NCBI GenBank assembly: GCA_964560655.1
Contig: CAZLLR010000001.1
Coordinates: 36,202 to 100,201, forward strand
Source of the DNA: an uncultured Candidatus Saccharibacteria bacterium
Lineage (GTDB): Bacteria > Patescibacteriota > Minisyncoccia > GCA-002772825
Reading direction: 5' to 3'
Length of the DNA: 64,000 bases
A program made the translations under genes and the position numbers. Positions 55,022 through 64,000 of this stretch are shown in pieces. Every line of letters starts with the position of its first letter. The first letter of the stretch is position 1. The notes under the pieces are model-generated. The model saw only the letters and a program-made list of their open reading frames with translations. It made no database searches and was not told where the DNA came from.

Positions 55022-55267
55022 ATGTTTGATAAATTAAAACAGTTAAAGCAAATGAAAAATATGTCTCAATCTATCCAGAGCGAAAAGATAGAGGCCGAAG
55101 AGGAGGGGACTCGTGTCGTGATAAACTGCGCATTTATGGTAGAGGAAATCTCGCTAAACCCAGAAATAGATAAAGATAGGCAAGAAGTAGTCTTAAAAAA
55201 CTGTCTTAATAAAGCAGTTAAAAAAGCTCAGATGGCAGTTGCAAAGAAATTCTCAGGCTTAATGTAA
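55022..55267 (+). CDS. ybaB: nucleoid-associated protein YbaB/EbfC family
   Basis: Conserved MF-K...L-KQ..MQ N-terminus and a helical dimerisation core. Confidence 0.65.
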   Translation: MFDKLKQLKQMKNMSQSIQSEKIEAEEEGTRVVINCAFMVEEISLNPEIDKDRQEVVLKNCLNKAVKKAQMAVAKKFSGLM

Positions 55268-55337
55268 AATACTCCCTATATATTACCAAATTACACTATT
55301 TAGTGTAATTTTTTGGCAATATGATCGTCTATAATAT

Positions 55338-55838
55338 ATGAAAAAACGTTTTTTAAAAGCCTATAATGACTATTCCCCAAGTATCTTGAGGCATATCTAC
55401 TTTAGGGTAAATAATCAAGAGCTTGCTGAAGATTTAACCCAAGAAACCTTTTTTAAGACTTGGCGCTATATCTCAAAGAAAGACACTGAAATAGCTAATT
55501 TAAAGACCTTTTTATATAAGGTGGCCAATAATCTTATAATTGATTATTATCGACAAAAAAATAACAAAATGACAGTGGCAATCGACGAAGTTAGCGAAGA
55601 GTTCATCGCTACTGAATCCCAACAAGAGAAAGAAGCTGATCAGGCATTTGATAAAAAATTAGTAGAAAAATTTTTACTTAAACTTAAAGACGACCAAAAG
55701 CAGGTCCTCCTTTATCGCTATATTGATGATCTTAGTATATTAGAGATAAGTAAGTTAACTGGTAAGACAAAAGAAAATATAAGGGTCATAATCCACAGGG
55801 GATTAAAAGCGCTCAAGGAGCAAATGAAATATGATTAA
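55338..55838 (+). CDS. ECF-type RNA polymerase sigma factor
   Basis: Sigma-70 region 2 (QETFFKTW, YRQKNN) and region 4 (LSILEISKLTGKTKENIRVIIHRGLKALK). Confidence 0.8.
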   Translation: MKKRFLKAYNDYSPSILRHIYFRVNNQELAEDLTQETFFKTWRYISKKDTEIANLKTFLYKVANNLIIDYYRQKNNKMTVAIDEVSEEFIATESQQEKEADQAFDKKLVEKFLLKLKDDQKQVLLYRYIDDLSILEISKLTGKTKENIRVIIHRGLKALKEQMKYD

Positions 55839-56814
55839 AAATATAAAAATAATTAAAGAACTAAAAAGGCTCAAGAAGAAGCCTGTTAATCAAATTTTCT
55901 TAAACTCACTAAAAATGAGGCTTGAAGTGCTAGTAAAAACTAATCCTGTTGACGAAAGAGTGCGAAAACCTGTTCACCATACACTAAGAAGTATATTTAA
56001 ACTCCGAGTTGTTAAGGTGTCTTTTGCTGTATTTATGGTCACTCTACTTTTAGGCGCTAGTGCTGCGAGAGCTTCACAGGGAAGCTTGCCTGGGGAGAAA
56101 CTATATTCTATAAAAATATTTACTGAAGAAGTACGTTCTAAAACTACCTTAAAAAATAAAGACAGAGCAAGATTAAGTATGAGTTTTGCCGCCAAGCGTA
56201 TAAAAGAGATAGAAGAAATGTTAGAAGAAACTGAGATTGAGTCTGATAAGTTAGAAATAGCATTAAATCAATTTGAGAAAAATCTTACAAAAGCTACAAA
56301 TATCATGAGGGAAGAAAAAATGATAATTGATGATATAGGGGTTGAAACAGCAGAGATACACCAGGATATCAAAGAGAAAAAAGAGGTCCTAGAAAGAACT
56401 ATAAGGGAAAAGAAAGTACGTATGGAAGACAAAGAAAAAGAGATCGAAGAAAAGATAAAGCTAGCCACCCCTGAAGAAAAAGAAAATAATGAAACACTGA
56501 TAGACGAACTTATAGGGTTAAAAATAAATAAGGAGATTTTAGAGTTTAAAGAAAAAGACGTTCAAAAGATATTAGAAGATGCAGAAAAGACTGAGGAGAT
56601 AAAAGAGGCTGGAAGCAAAAATAGTACTCTCAAAGAACAAAGAGATGCGCAGTTAAAAATTGAAAGGAGGGAGGTATATAACAATAGAGAAATAATCAGG
56701 AGTAGAGAAGAAGCTGGAAAGGAAATAAGGAAAAAGGTATTAGAGAAGATTGAAAGTGACAGAAAAGAAAAAGCTGAAGAGGAAAAGAATTTTAAAGATA
56801 AGGATAAAGATTAA
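55831..56814 (+). CDS. putative anti-sigma factor (single TM, DUF5667-like coiled-coil ectodomain)
   Basis: Overlaps the ECF sigma gene by 8 nt. TM segment followed by a long K/E-rich coiled coil. Confidence 0.45.
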   Translation: MIKNIKIIKELKRLKKKPVNQIFLNSLKMRLEVLVKTNPVDERVRKPVHHTLRSIFKLRVVKVSFAVFMVTLLLGASAARASQGSLPGEKLYSIKIFTEEVRSKTTLKNKDRARLSMSFAAKRIKEIEEMLEETEIESDKLEIALNQFEKNLTKATNIMREEKMIIDDIGVETAEIHQDIKEKKEVLERTIREKKVRMEDKEKEIEEKIKLATPEEKENNETLIDELIGLKINKEILEFKEKDVQKILEDAEKTEEIKEAGSKNSTLKEQRDAQLKIERREVYNNREIIRSREEAGKEIRKKVLEKIESDRKEKAEEEKNFKDKDKD

Positions 56815-56911
56815 TAGTGAAGTTATATACCTATTGATGTTTTTAGAAAACAAAGGGTATAATAGAGTAAAAGATATTAACTAAAGTTTATTGGCCTAAC
56901 AATAAAATAAT

Positions 56912-57706
56912 ATGGACTTAGATGATCGTATAAAAAAATATTTAAAGATAACTGGTATTTTTATAATGCTCGTCTTATCTTATACGGCACTATCATTTGC
57001 AGCTTCTTATTCTAGGTCAATAGACCCAGCATCCCTCAGAAGTTTTTCCGTGTCAGGTGAGGGTAAGGTAGTATCAATACCTAATGTAGCTCAGTTTAGC
57101 TTTAGTATAGTAACCGAAGGGGGAGTAAACGTTGCTGAATTACAAAAAGAAAATACTAATAAAGCGAACAAGGTGATTGATTTTGTAAAATCCAATGGAG
57201 TCGAAGAAAAAGATATTAAAACTCAAAACTATAACATAGAACCAAGGTATCAATATTTTTCTTGCAATAACAGAATTCTTACATCTGAGCCAAAGCCTTG
57301 TCCGCCTAGTGAAATAGTCGGATACACCATAAGGCAAACATTATTTGTAAAGATTCGGGACTTCGACAAGACGGGTGACATCCTAAGTGGAGTTGTCATA
57401 AGTGGTGCTAATAACATCTCATCTCTAAGTTTCACTATCGATGACGAGAAAGCCGTCCAGAAGGAAGCTAGAAATGTCGCCATAAAAGAAGCTAGAGATA
57501 AAGCTAAAGAGATTGCGAAAGCTGCAAAATTCAGATTAGGGGATATAATCTCCATCAATGAGGGATTCTCAAGCCCAATAGTACGCTATGGTATAGGTGG
57601 TGAAACTGCCATGAGCTTTAAAGATACGGGTGCACTGGCACCTTCTATAGAGCCAGGATCTCAAGATGTTGTCATAAATATAACTATACAATACGAGATA
57701 CGATAA
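56912..57706 (+). CDS. SIMPL-domain (BP26/OMP28-like) protein
   Basis: Signal/TM plus conserved C-terminal KEARNVAIKEARDKAKEIAKAAKFRLGDIISINE. Confidence 0.7.
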   Translation: MDLDDRIKKYLKITGIFIMLVLSYTALSFAASYSRSIDPASLRSFSVSGEGKVVSIPNVAQFSFSIVTEGGVNVAELQKENTNKANKVIDFVKSNGVEEKDIKTQNYNIEPRYQYFSCNNRILTSEPKPCPPSEIVGYTIRQTLFVKIRDFDKTGDILSGVVISGANNISSLSFTIDDEKAVQKEARNVAIKEARDKAKEIAKAAKFRLGDIISINEGFSSPIVRYGIGGETAMSFKDTGALAPSIEPGSQDVVINITIQYEIR

Positions 57707-57721
57707 TTTAACTAACAAACT

Positions 57722-58504
57722 ATGGCCTTAGATAACAACGGGGAAGCAGCTCAAGGAGACCAAAGATGTCCATTTTGCCATAAAGAGCTCATTATAAAAG
57801 ATCATCTTTTATTTTGTCCCAAGTGCAGTGTGTTTATAGGTGACCCGAAAACTTTCACTGGGTCACTCCCGACCAATGATACTATTAAAAACAACTCCCT
57901 TGAAAGAGGAGAGGAGCGAATGGCAAAAAAGAAGAGAAGTGGGATATGGCAAGTAGCTATCCTAATACTTATACTTGTAGTGTCTTTCACTATATATCAG
58001 TTTAAACTCTGGACATTCATTGTGGGAGTCGATTATTCTTCCGTAAAAGAACTACAAAAAGAGATACCTTTCGTGATATATCTACCGAAGAAAATTCCTT
58101 TTGGTTATAGATTAAAAGAAGAAGCTACTAATCTTAACTATGCTAAATCCGGCAAAGTTGATTCTATAGATTTTACCTACAGAAAAACAGGAGGGTGTAT
58201 TATCAATATATCTTTATTTCCTATAAACAATGGGTTTACTCCGAACAACAAGACGGTAGAGGAGTTATTCCTAAGTCTTTCTTCTGGTAAAAATTTTAAT
58301 AATACAGTCGTCGGCGATCAAGATGTATATACTAGCAAATCAGAATTAATACTTACAGAAAAAAGTTCAACTTTATATCAATCCATAGCGATAGTAACAT
58401 CCGGTACTTTCATTCTTAGACTAGAGTACTTAGGGCCAACTTGGTTAACTGAGAATGAAATTCTATCTATTGCTGGGTCTCTAAGACCAATAGATAATCT
58501 GTAG
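57722..58504 (+). CDS. membrane protein with N-terminal zinc-ribbon (CPFC...CPKC), one TM, and a DUF4367-like ectodomain
   Basis: Layout typical of anti-sigma / RsgI-like regulators. Confidence 0.4.
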   Translation: MALDNNGEAAQGDQRCPFCHKELIIKDHLLFCPKCSVFIGDPKTFTGSLPTNDTIKNNSLERGEERMAKKKRSGIWQVAILILILVVSFTIYQFKLWTFIVGVDYSSVKELQKEIPFVIYLPKKIPFGYRLKEEATNLNYAKSGKVDSIDFTYRKTGGCIINISLFPINNGFTPNNKTVEELFLSLSSGKNFNNTVVGDQDVYTSKSELILTEKSSTLYQSIAIVTSGTFILRLEYLGPTWLTENEILSIAGSLRPIDNL

Positions 58505-58512
58505 ATATAAAT

Positions 58513-59688
58513 TTATTTCTTTGTCTGCTTTAAAACAACAAATTCTTTCTTTTCCCTAAAAGATAGAATTTTGTTCTGTAGTTTACTTACAAGAAGAGGA
58601 AGTAATTTGCTTAATTTTTTTTCATCTGGGCTTAGTATCTCTTCCCATTTATTCTCTGGCACTAAGACCTCTTTTACTTTATCCATATCAAAAGAGAATC
58701 TCTCTTGGACATTCTTCGTGATGAAACCACGCGAGCTAAAGACACGAGCCACCTTGCTCGACTCCATAAAAGTCAGTATATCCTCACGAAGCTCTTTTAA
58801 TCTTTTTTTATTTTTTTCTTCAACCTCTTTTATCTCGAAAAATTCAGTTATTACTTTAGCGACATCTTCTTCACTTTTTGTTTCTGGTTTGTCTTTCTTG
58901 TATTCATGCGACCACATAGGACAAATCTTCTTATACCCACAATAATCACATAAAGCTGAAGGAGTAGGGGAGAAACTATTTTTCTCTTCTTTTTCCTCCA
59001 CTTCCTTTATGGTGGCTAATATAAAATCTCGCGTCTTATTTATATCCTCTTGGGGATTTTCTTTTTCGGCAGTTATCTTTTCATTATGCTTAAGGAAGTA
59101 TAACGATAACTTTATTTTTGAAGCGGGGAGTCGAGGCCACCTGTCTTGGAGAGCCATATGGTAGAGAGAGAGCTGTAAATTATCTTTAAGCATCTCCGCA
59201 CTAGGCATCTTCTTGCCTGTCTTATAGTCTATGATCTCATACTCTTCACTTTCCGGATCTTTATCTATCCTGTCTATTATACCGACGATAGTATGATCTT
59301 CTTGAGTTTCTTCGTCACGCAAAGTTACACTGAAACGACTTTCTAGTTCCACAGCGTTAAACTTCCAAGGTTGATTCTTCTTGTAGAAATTTTTTATAAG
59401 TTTTACTCCTTCTTCAAAATAAAGTTTTTCAAAATCTTCTTTTTTTAGAGGGTTCGGCCACTCTATAGACTCAGACTTCTTATTCCATTTATCAGTAAAG
59501 AAGTCTATAACTTCATCAAGGGTAGGGTATAAGGGGCCACGCTCAAACATAAATTTAAGCGCCGAATGAACTAAAGAGCCAAAAACAGCCTCAATCCGCT
59601 TAGGAGCTGGAATCTTATCAAGTTTCTGATATTTATACTTAAGTGGACACGTCCTATACGTATCTAAGGCAGAATAAGATGTTCTCAT
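58513..59688 (-). CDS. PD-(D/E)xK nuclease family protein (Cas4/AddB-nuclease-like) with C-terminal Cys cluster
   Basis: YRTCPLKYKY N-terminal motif, IIDRID...EIIDYKTGK nuclease core, and C-terminal CDYCGYKKICPMW. Confidence 0.6.
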   Translation of the reverse strand: MRTSYSALDTYRTCPLKYKYQKLDKIPAPKRIEAVFGSLVHSALKFMFERGPLYPTLDEVIDFFTDKWNKKSESIEWPNPLKKEDFEKLYFEEGVKLIKNFYKKNQPWKFNAVELESRFSVTLRDEETQEDHTIVGIIDRIDKDPESEEYEIIDYKTGKKMPSAEMLKDNLQLSLYHMALQDRWPRLPASKIKLSLYFLKHNEKITAEKENPQEDINKTRDFILATIKEVEEKEEKNSFSPTPSALCDYCGYKKICPMWSHEYKKDKPETKSEEDVAKVITEFFEIKEVEEKNKKRLKELREDILTFMESSKVARVFSSRGFITKNVQERFSFDMDKVKEVLVPENKWEEILSPDEKKLSKLLPLLVSKLQNKILSFREKKEFVVLKQTKK

Positions 59689-59880
59689 AACAAAATTATA
59701 TCATATAAAGTTAAAAAATAAGCTCTTTTTATAAGCTTATTTTGCCAATGTTTTATCGTCATAGGGGAGTACAGGTGAGAAAAATATACCATGTCGCACC
59801 ACAAGGGCACTTCTTGTTTTGTAAACAAAACAATGTCGCACAATATACCTTTTACGACGTAGTATATGCTAAACAATGAT

Positions 59881-60261
59881 TTATTGGATAAAATCTACCT
59901 GAGGAGCATTAATCATCAAGTCCGTAGGTTCACCAGCCTTTATCCTCTCCATATTATCTACAAAAGAAGTCCACAGAAGCGCTATGAATATATTATTCCA
60001 GAAATAAGTTACTGGGTCAGAAAGATAATCAGACCATACTACTTTTGTAAAATTCCAAATATAAGAGAAGTTAGCCTGTACTCCTTCACTCTCCACAATA
60101 CTTCTGATGTCAATATGCAAAACGCTTAATATAACTATGACTATTACGAAGATAACCAATAGCTTTATCAGCCCTCCTTGTTGTAACATATTCTTTCTTC
60201 CTAAAAACATATATTTATTATAATCATCATTTATAGATAAGACAATGGATTGAGGTACCAT
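59881..60261 (-). CDS. hypothetical small membrane protein
   Basis: ORF only. One TM segment. Confidence 0.3.
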   Translation of the reverse strand: MVPQSIVLSINDDYNKYMFLGRKNMLQQGGLIKLLVIFVIVIVILSVLHIDIRSIVESEGVQANFSYIWNFTKVVWSDYLSDPVTYFWNNIFIALLWTSFVDNMERIKAGEPTDLMINAPQVDFIQ

Positions 60262-61520
60262 TCGCGTGGAGCTAAAGGAAGTGTCATCTTAGTACCACAA
60301 ACCTTACTTGTAATAGTCCCTACTTCCACAGCATCAGACGCATACACAGTAAAGTGAAGATGTGGTCCCGTCGTATATCCTGTGTCTCCAGAATAACCCA
60401 CAACCTGCCCAGAGGTGACACTTTGACCTTTAGTGACCTTTATCAGCGAAAGATGCGCGTAAAGTGTAGTTAGGTTATTAGAGTGCTTTACTAACACCCA
60501 TCTTCCGTAAGAGGCTCCCTTGCATCCTTTGTCAGTATCTCCCACACCTACTACAATACCACTTTCAGCACTCTTTACCGGGGTACCTATACTCGCGGCA
60601 AAATCAACTCCATTGTGTCCTCCACCATTATAGACTTGAGGGTTCTTACTAGCAAAAGGAGTATTGCCAAAGTATTGAGTTATCCTTATCTTATCAAGTG
60701 GATATTTTAAAACACCTGGCCCTGTAAGCGGTAGCGACTTCGGGTCTATTTCCACACGAAGTTTATTTTCAAAATCTTTAATCTCATCTTCCAATGCTTC
60801 TTTTTTCTTTAGTCTATCATCGAGAAGTTTTTTATAGTTTGATTCTTTATTTTTTGTCTCATTTAATAGTGTACTTTTCTTTGTCTTATTTATAGACACT
60901 AAAGAGTTTTGATCTCTATATTTTACCTGCATACCTTCTAATCTTACTTTATTTTCCTCTTCATCCTTCTTCTGGATCTCGAGTTGAACCTTAAGCTCAT
61001 TTAGGTCCTCAAGATTGATACTCATCGTCTCTTGAAAACTTTCCAACCTCTGTAGGTCACTAAAAAAATCTGAAAAGTTATTACTCATCAAAGCAATCTC
61101 TATTATAGACATAGATTCGTCTTCATTTAGCCCCCTCACAATCTCTGCTATGACCGTTTTCTTAAAGCCTATATCTTCCTTCTTCTGACCTATCTCTATG
61201 ATGAGACTCTCTATACTAAGTCCAGTCTGATCTATCTGGCTCTCAGTATAACGAATATCAGTTTTAAGCTTCTTACCTGTGACATCCAGTTTTTTCAGCT
61301 CATTGCCTAGTGATTTCTCCTCCTTACCAAGTTTGCCTATCTCCACTTCATACTCATCAATCTCTTTCTGAAGTCCTTTTAGCTTATTATTTCTATCTAA
61401 AATATTATTCTTAAGATCATTTATTGATGCCACGCTTACTTTTGGCACAGAAAAAACAGTAGCCAAAAATAAAGTTAACAGCAATATAAAAAAAGTTATT
61501 TTATATTTTCTCAATAGCAT
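60231..61520 (-). CDS. M23-family peptidoglycan DD-metalloendopeptidase with N-terminal coiled coil (EnvC-like)
   Basis: HxxxD and HxH motifs (GGGHNGVDFAA, GPHLHFTVY). Confidence 0.8.
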   Translation of the reverse strand: MLLRKYKITFFILLLTLFLATVFSVPKVSVASINDLKNNILDRNNKLKGLQKEIDEYEVEIGKLGKEEKSLGNELKKLDVTGKKLKTDIRYTESQIDQTGLSIESLIIEIGQKKEDIGFKKTVIAEIVRGLNEDESMSIIEIALMSNNFSDFFSDLQRLESFQETMSINLEDLNELKVQLEIQKKDEEENKVRLEGMQVKYRDQNSLVSINKTKKSTLLNETKNKESNYKKLLDDRLKKKEALEDEIKDFENKLRVEIDPKSLPLTGPGVLKYPLDKIRITQYFGNTPFASKNPQVYNGGGHNGVDFAASIGTPVKSAESGIVVGVGDTDKGCKGASYGRWVLVKHSNNLTTLYAHLSLIKVTKGQSVTSGQVVGYSGDTGYTTGPHLHFTVYASDAVEVGTITSKVCGTKMTLPLAPREWYLNPLSYL

Positions 61521-62847
61521 TTTTAAGGCGCTTAATAGATTCTTCTTTACCTAAAACTTCACTTAAGGTAAAAGGGTCTGGTGACTTTTCTTTGCCGGAT
61601 AAAGCGACACGGTATGGCCACAAGACATTGCCTCTACCCTCTTTTTCAGCATAAACCCAGACAAGACCCTTAATAATTTCTTTATTAAAATCACTCTCTT
61701 TAATGTCGTACAATATATTGACAATATATTCTAAATGTGACTTTGTTTTATTTATATCTTTCTCATTTTTCCAATTCAATATATCTTTTTTATACTCAGG
61801 CACTTGAAAAAAATAACCTACCGAATCCTTAATATCGCTAAATTTTTCAATCCTTTCGACTTCAAGTGCTACGATATTATTCCACAACTTAGGTTTGTCT
61901 GTTGCTTCTTTCTTAAAATCATCAGGTAAAAACTCGAATAATAATTTTCCCAATATATCAAGGGGGACATTTCTAACATATTGCTTGTTTATCCAATTTA
62001 GTTTATCAATATTAAAAACTGCTCCGCTTTTCTGAACTTTTTCTATATCAAATTTTTTTACTAGCTCATCGAGGTAAAAAACTTCTTCATTTGTACCTTC
62101 CCTCCCCTGAGGAGACCAACCAAGCAATGCCAAGAAGTTTAGCATCGCCTCAGGGATATAGCCTTCTTTTTTATATTTATTCACTGATACAACCCCATGA
62201 CGCTTAGAAAGCTTAGATTTATCTGGAGCCAATATAAGTGGGATATGGGCATATATAGGCCTAGGGGCGCCTATGGCCTCTTGTATGAGTATTTGGCGCG
62301 GTGTGTTAGAAATACCATCATCTCCACGGATAACATGAGTTATTCCCATTTCGAAGTCATCTACCGCCACCGCCAAGTGATAGAGTGGACTCTCCATATC
62401 TCTTGCCACAACAAAGTCTCCTAACTCAGTTGTATCAAATTCTATTTCTCCTCTAATCAGATCGTCAAATTTTATCTTTATATTAGGATTCTTGAATCTT
62501 ATGACTTCACTCCTTTGCCCTTCTTCCTTGGGCTCTTCTTTGGATAAGTAAGCACTTCCTTCCCCCACCATCTTCTTAAGATATTTTTTATATATATCCA
62601 ACCTCTCAGACTGACGATATAGTTCGTCATGCTTTATGCCAAGCCAATCAAGACCCTCTATTATGTCTCTTTCATATTCTACCTTAGACCTTACTGGGTC
62701 TGTATCTTCAATCCTAAGTATCATTTTACCTCCATTTTGTTTTGTAAAAAGATAATTAAAGAGTGCTGTTCTGGCACTCCCAAGATGCACCGGACCAGTC
62801 GGGCTTGGGGCAAAACGAGTTACTACTTTTTTATTTTTATTAGGCAT
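61501..62847 (-). CDS. gltX: glutamate--tRNA ligase
   Basis: HIGH-like PSPTGPVHLGSARTA and KLSKRHG. Confidence 0.9.
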   Translation of the reverse strand: MPNKNKKVVTRFAPSPTGPVHLGSARTALFNYLFTKQNGGKMILRIEDTDPVRSKVEYERDIIEGLDWLGIKHDELYRQSERLDIYKKYLKKMVGEGSAYLSKEEPKEEGQRSEVIRFKNPNIKIKFDDLIRGEIEFDTTELGDFVVARDMESPLYHLAVAVDDFEMGITHVIRGDDGISNTPRQILIQEAIGAPRPIYAHIPLILAPDKSKLSKRHGVVSVNKYKKEGYIPEAMLNFLALLGWSPQGREGTNEEVFYLDELVKKFDIEKVQKSGAVFNIDKLNWINKQYVRNVPLDILGKLLFEFLPDDFKKEATDKPKLWNNIVALEVERIEKFSDIKDSVGYFFQVPEYKKDILNWKNEKDINKTKSHLEYIVNILYDIKESDFNKEIIKGLVWVYAEKEGRGNVLWPYRVALSGKEKSPDPFTLSEVLGKEESIKRLKNAIEKI

Positions 62848-63976
62848 GCTCTAAAGCTAAGTTAATTATCTCTCTTGCAATCTGATGGCCGGCTTCCGGC
62901 TTATAAAATTGATTGGCCTTGCTCTTTATATCTTCTAAAGAATTTTTTTGGGACAATATTCTATTTATCTCAGAAAGTAATATGTGAGGAGAGAGATTTC
63001 TTTCTTCAATCACTTCAGAGGCGCCTGTCCTTGCAAAAGCATAAGCATTTTCTCTTTGATGGTCTTGTGCAGAATTAGAAAGTGGAATAAGTATACTAGG
63101 TTTTCCCCAAGCGGCAATTTCAAATATAGCTGATGAGCCTGCTCGCGATATCACTATATTTGAAGCGGCAGCGGCCATTTTCATCGCTGATTCATTTAGG
63201 AAACCGAAAACACGATACCTATTTTTAAATGGGGATTTCTCAAGAGAGACATTTACCCTTCCTTGCACCTCTTTAAAATTATTCTTCCCACACTGATGTA
63301 TAATTTGATATTTATCAACCAGCTCACTTGCCATATCTACAATAACATCATTTATCCTCTGTGAACCTTGTGATCCACCTAATATAAAGATAACTGGCAA
63401 ATTTTTATCAAGCTGGAGAAATTCACTAAAACCCTCTTTAGGAAGATGCACGAGATCTTTACGGACAGGATTTCCTACGACAGCTATTTTTTTTCTCGAT
63501 TTTTCTGGGAAATAACTTACTGACTCAGGGAAAGAAACTGCTATCCTCTTAGCAAATTTTGAGGCCCATTTATTAACCCTGCCAGGTACAGTGTCAGACT
63601 CGTGTATAACAACAGGAATTCTAAAAAATCTCGCCGCAAAAAGTACAGGGAAACTTGCATAGCCTCCTTTTCCGAACACGACATCTGGAAAATCGTTATA
63701 GACTGTCCACAACGCCCTTAATGCTCCAAGAAATATCTTAATAACATCTGTTATGTTAAGAAGTGAAAAATAACGACGAATCTTCCCTGATGTCACCTTC
63801 TTAAATTTAATCTCTTTCTCACTAAGTAATCTTTTATTATAAGGTTTGTCAGACATATAGATAAGCTTAGTATTCATAAGCTTATCTTCATCTATTATAT
63901 TGTTTAATTCTTCGGCAACAGCTATAAGCGGGTAAAAATGACCGCCAGTCCCGCCACCAGTTAGAATAATCTTCAT
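62840..63976 (-). CDS. murG: UDP-N-acetylglucosamine--N-acetylmuramyl-(pentapeptide) pyrophosphoryl-undecaprenol GlcNAc transferase MurG
   Basis: G-loop GGGTGGHFYP and GT28 C-terminal domain. Confidence 0.85.
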   Translation of the reverse strand: MKIILTGGGTGGHFYPLIAVAEELNNIIDEDKLMNTKLIYMSDKPYNKRLLSEKEIKFKKVTSGKIRRYFSLLNITDVIKIFLGALRALWTVYNDFPDVVFGKGGYASFPVLFAARFFRIPVVIHESDTVPGRVNKWASKFAKRIAVSFPESVSYFPEKSRKKIAVVGNPVRKDLVHLPKEGFSEFLQLDKNLPVIFILGGSQGSQRINDVIVDMASELVDKYQIIHQCGKNNFKEVQGRVNVSLEKSPFKNRYRVFGFLNESAMKMAAAASNIVISRAGSSAIFEIAAWGKPSILIPLSNSAQDHQRENAYAFARTGASEVIEERNLSPHILLSEINRILSQKNSLEDIKSKANQFYKPEAGHQIAREIINLALEHA

Positions 63977-64000
63977 CCCGTTAAAGATAGACTCCTTTGG

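Noticed and set aside
1-64000. CRISPR arrays, transposases, integrases, prophage genes
   Set aside because: No direct-repeat/spacer arrays, no IS-like inverted repeats flanking transposase-like ORFs, no integrase next to the tRNA genes. The island at 23-34 kb has no recognisable mobility gene.

Overview
AT-rich bacterial chromosomal segment of about 64 kb, densely packed, mostly housekeeping genes. The gene content and architecture (compact rpoB/rpoC, many small hypothetical proteins, pilin-like and LRR proteins, several genes with no obvious Shine-Dalgarno) suggest a CPR/Patescibacteria-like organism; this is inference from gene content only. The standard genetic code appears to be in use, since TGA terminates murF and other genes.

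Features in order:
- Flank 1-12.5 kb: murF (3' part), tRNA-Glu, a YgjP-like metallopeptidase, a Ca2+-type P-type ATPase plus CaCA antiporter, rmuC, rplU, and on the minus strand recR-dnaB-cysS-corA.
- Core 13-23 kb: an unusual contiguous rpoB-rpoC-dnaG-rpoD block, followed by tRNA-Asn.
- Accessory-looking island 23.2-34 kb, immediately 3' of tRNA-Asn: many small genes built as repeated cassettes (sigma70-like promoter, a conserved 5' leader motif ending in the SD, a small ORF, a hairpin terminator). It also holds a RimK-like ATP-grasp ligase, paralogous small proteins, a Cys4 small-protein set, a DUF2779 PD-(D/E)xK nuclease, an LRR protein, an SDR, a methyltransferase, and a membrane-anchored msrA-msrB pair whose two domains are in one frame separated by a single TGA.
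- 35.4-43.8 kb: an envelope glycosylation cluster (DedA, GT4, GT2, PAP2-like, esterase), then an FNR-like flavoprotein, ApbE and a bis-heme ferric-reductase-domain membrane protein with TSP3-type Ca-binding extensions. This reads as a split NOX / Fre-MsrQ-like redox module.
- 43.9-64 kb: cspA, typA, a second sigma70-family factor, glycosidase-like proteins, an ATP-cone/REase-like protein, PPIase, thiI, truB, ybaB, an ECF sigma with anti-sigma, a SIMPL protein, a PD-(D/E)xK nuclease, an M23 peptidase, gltX and murG.

No CRISPR array, transposase or integrase was seen. Recurrent long perfect palindromic hairpins sharing an AACGGCT stem core serve as intergenic terminators.
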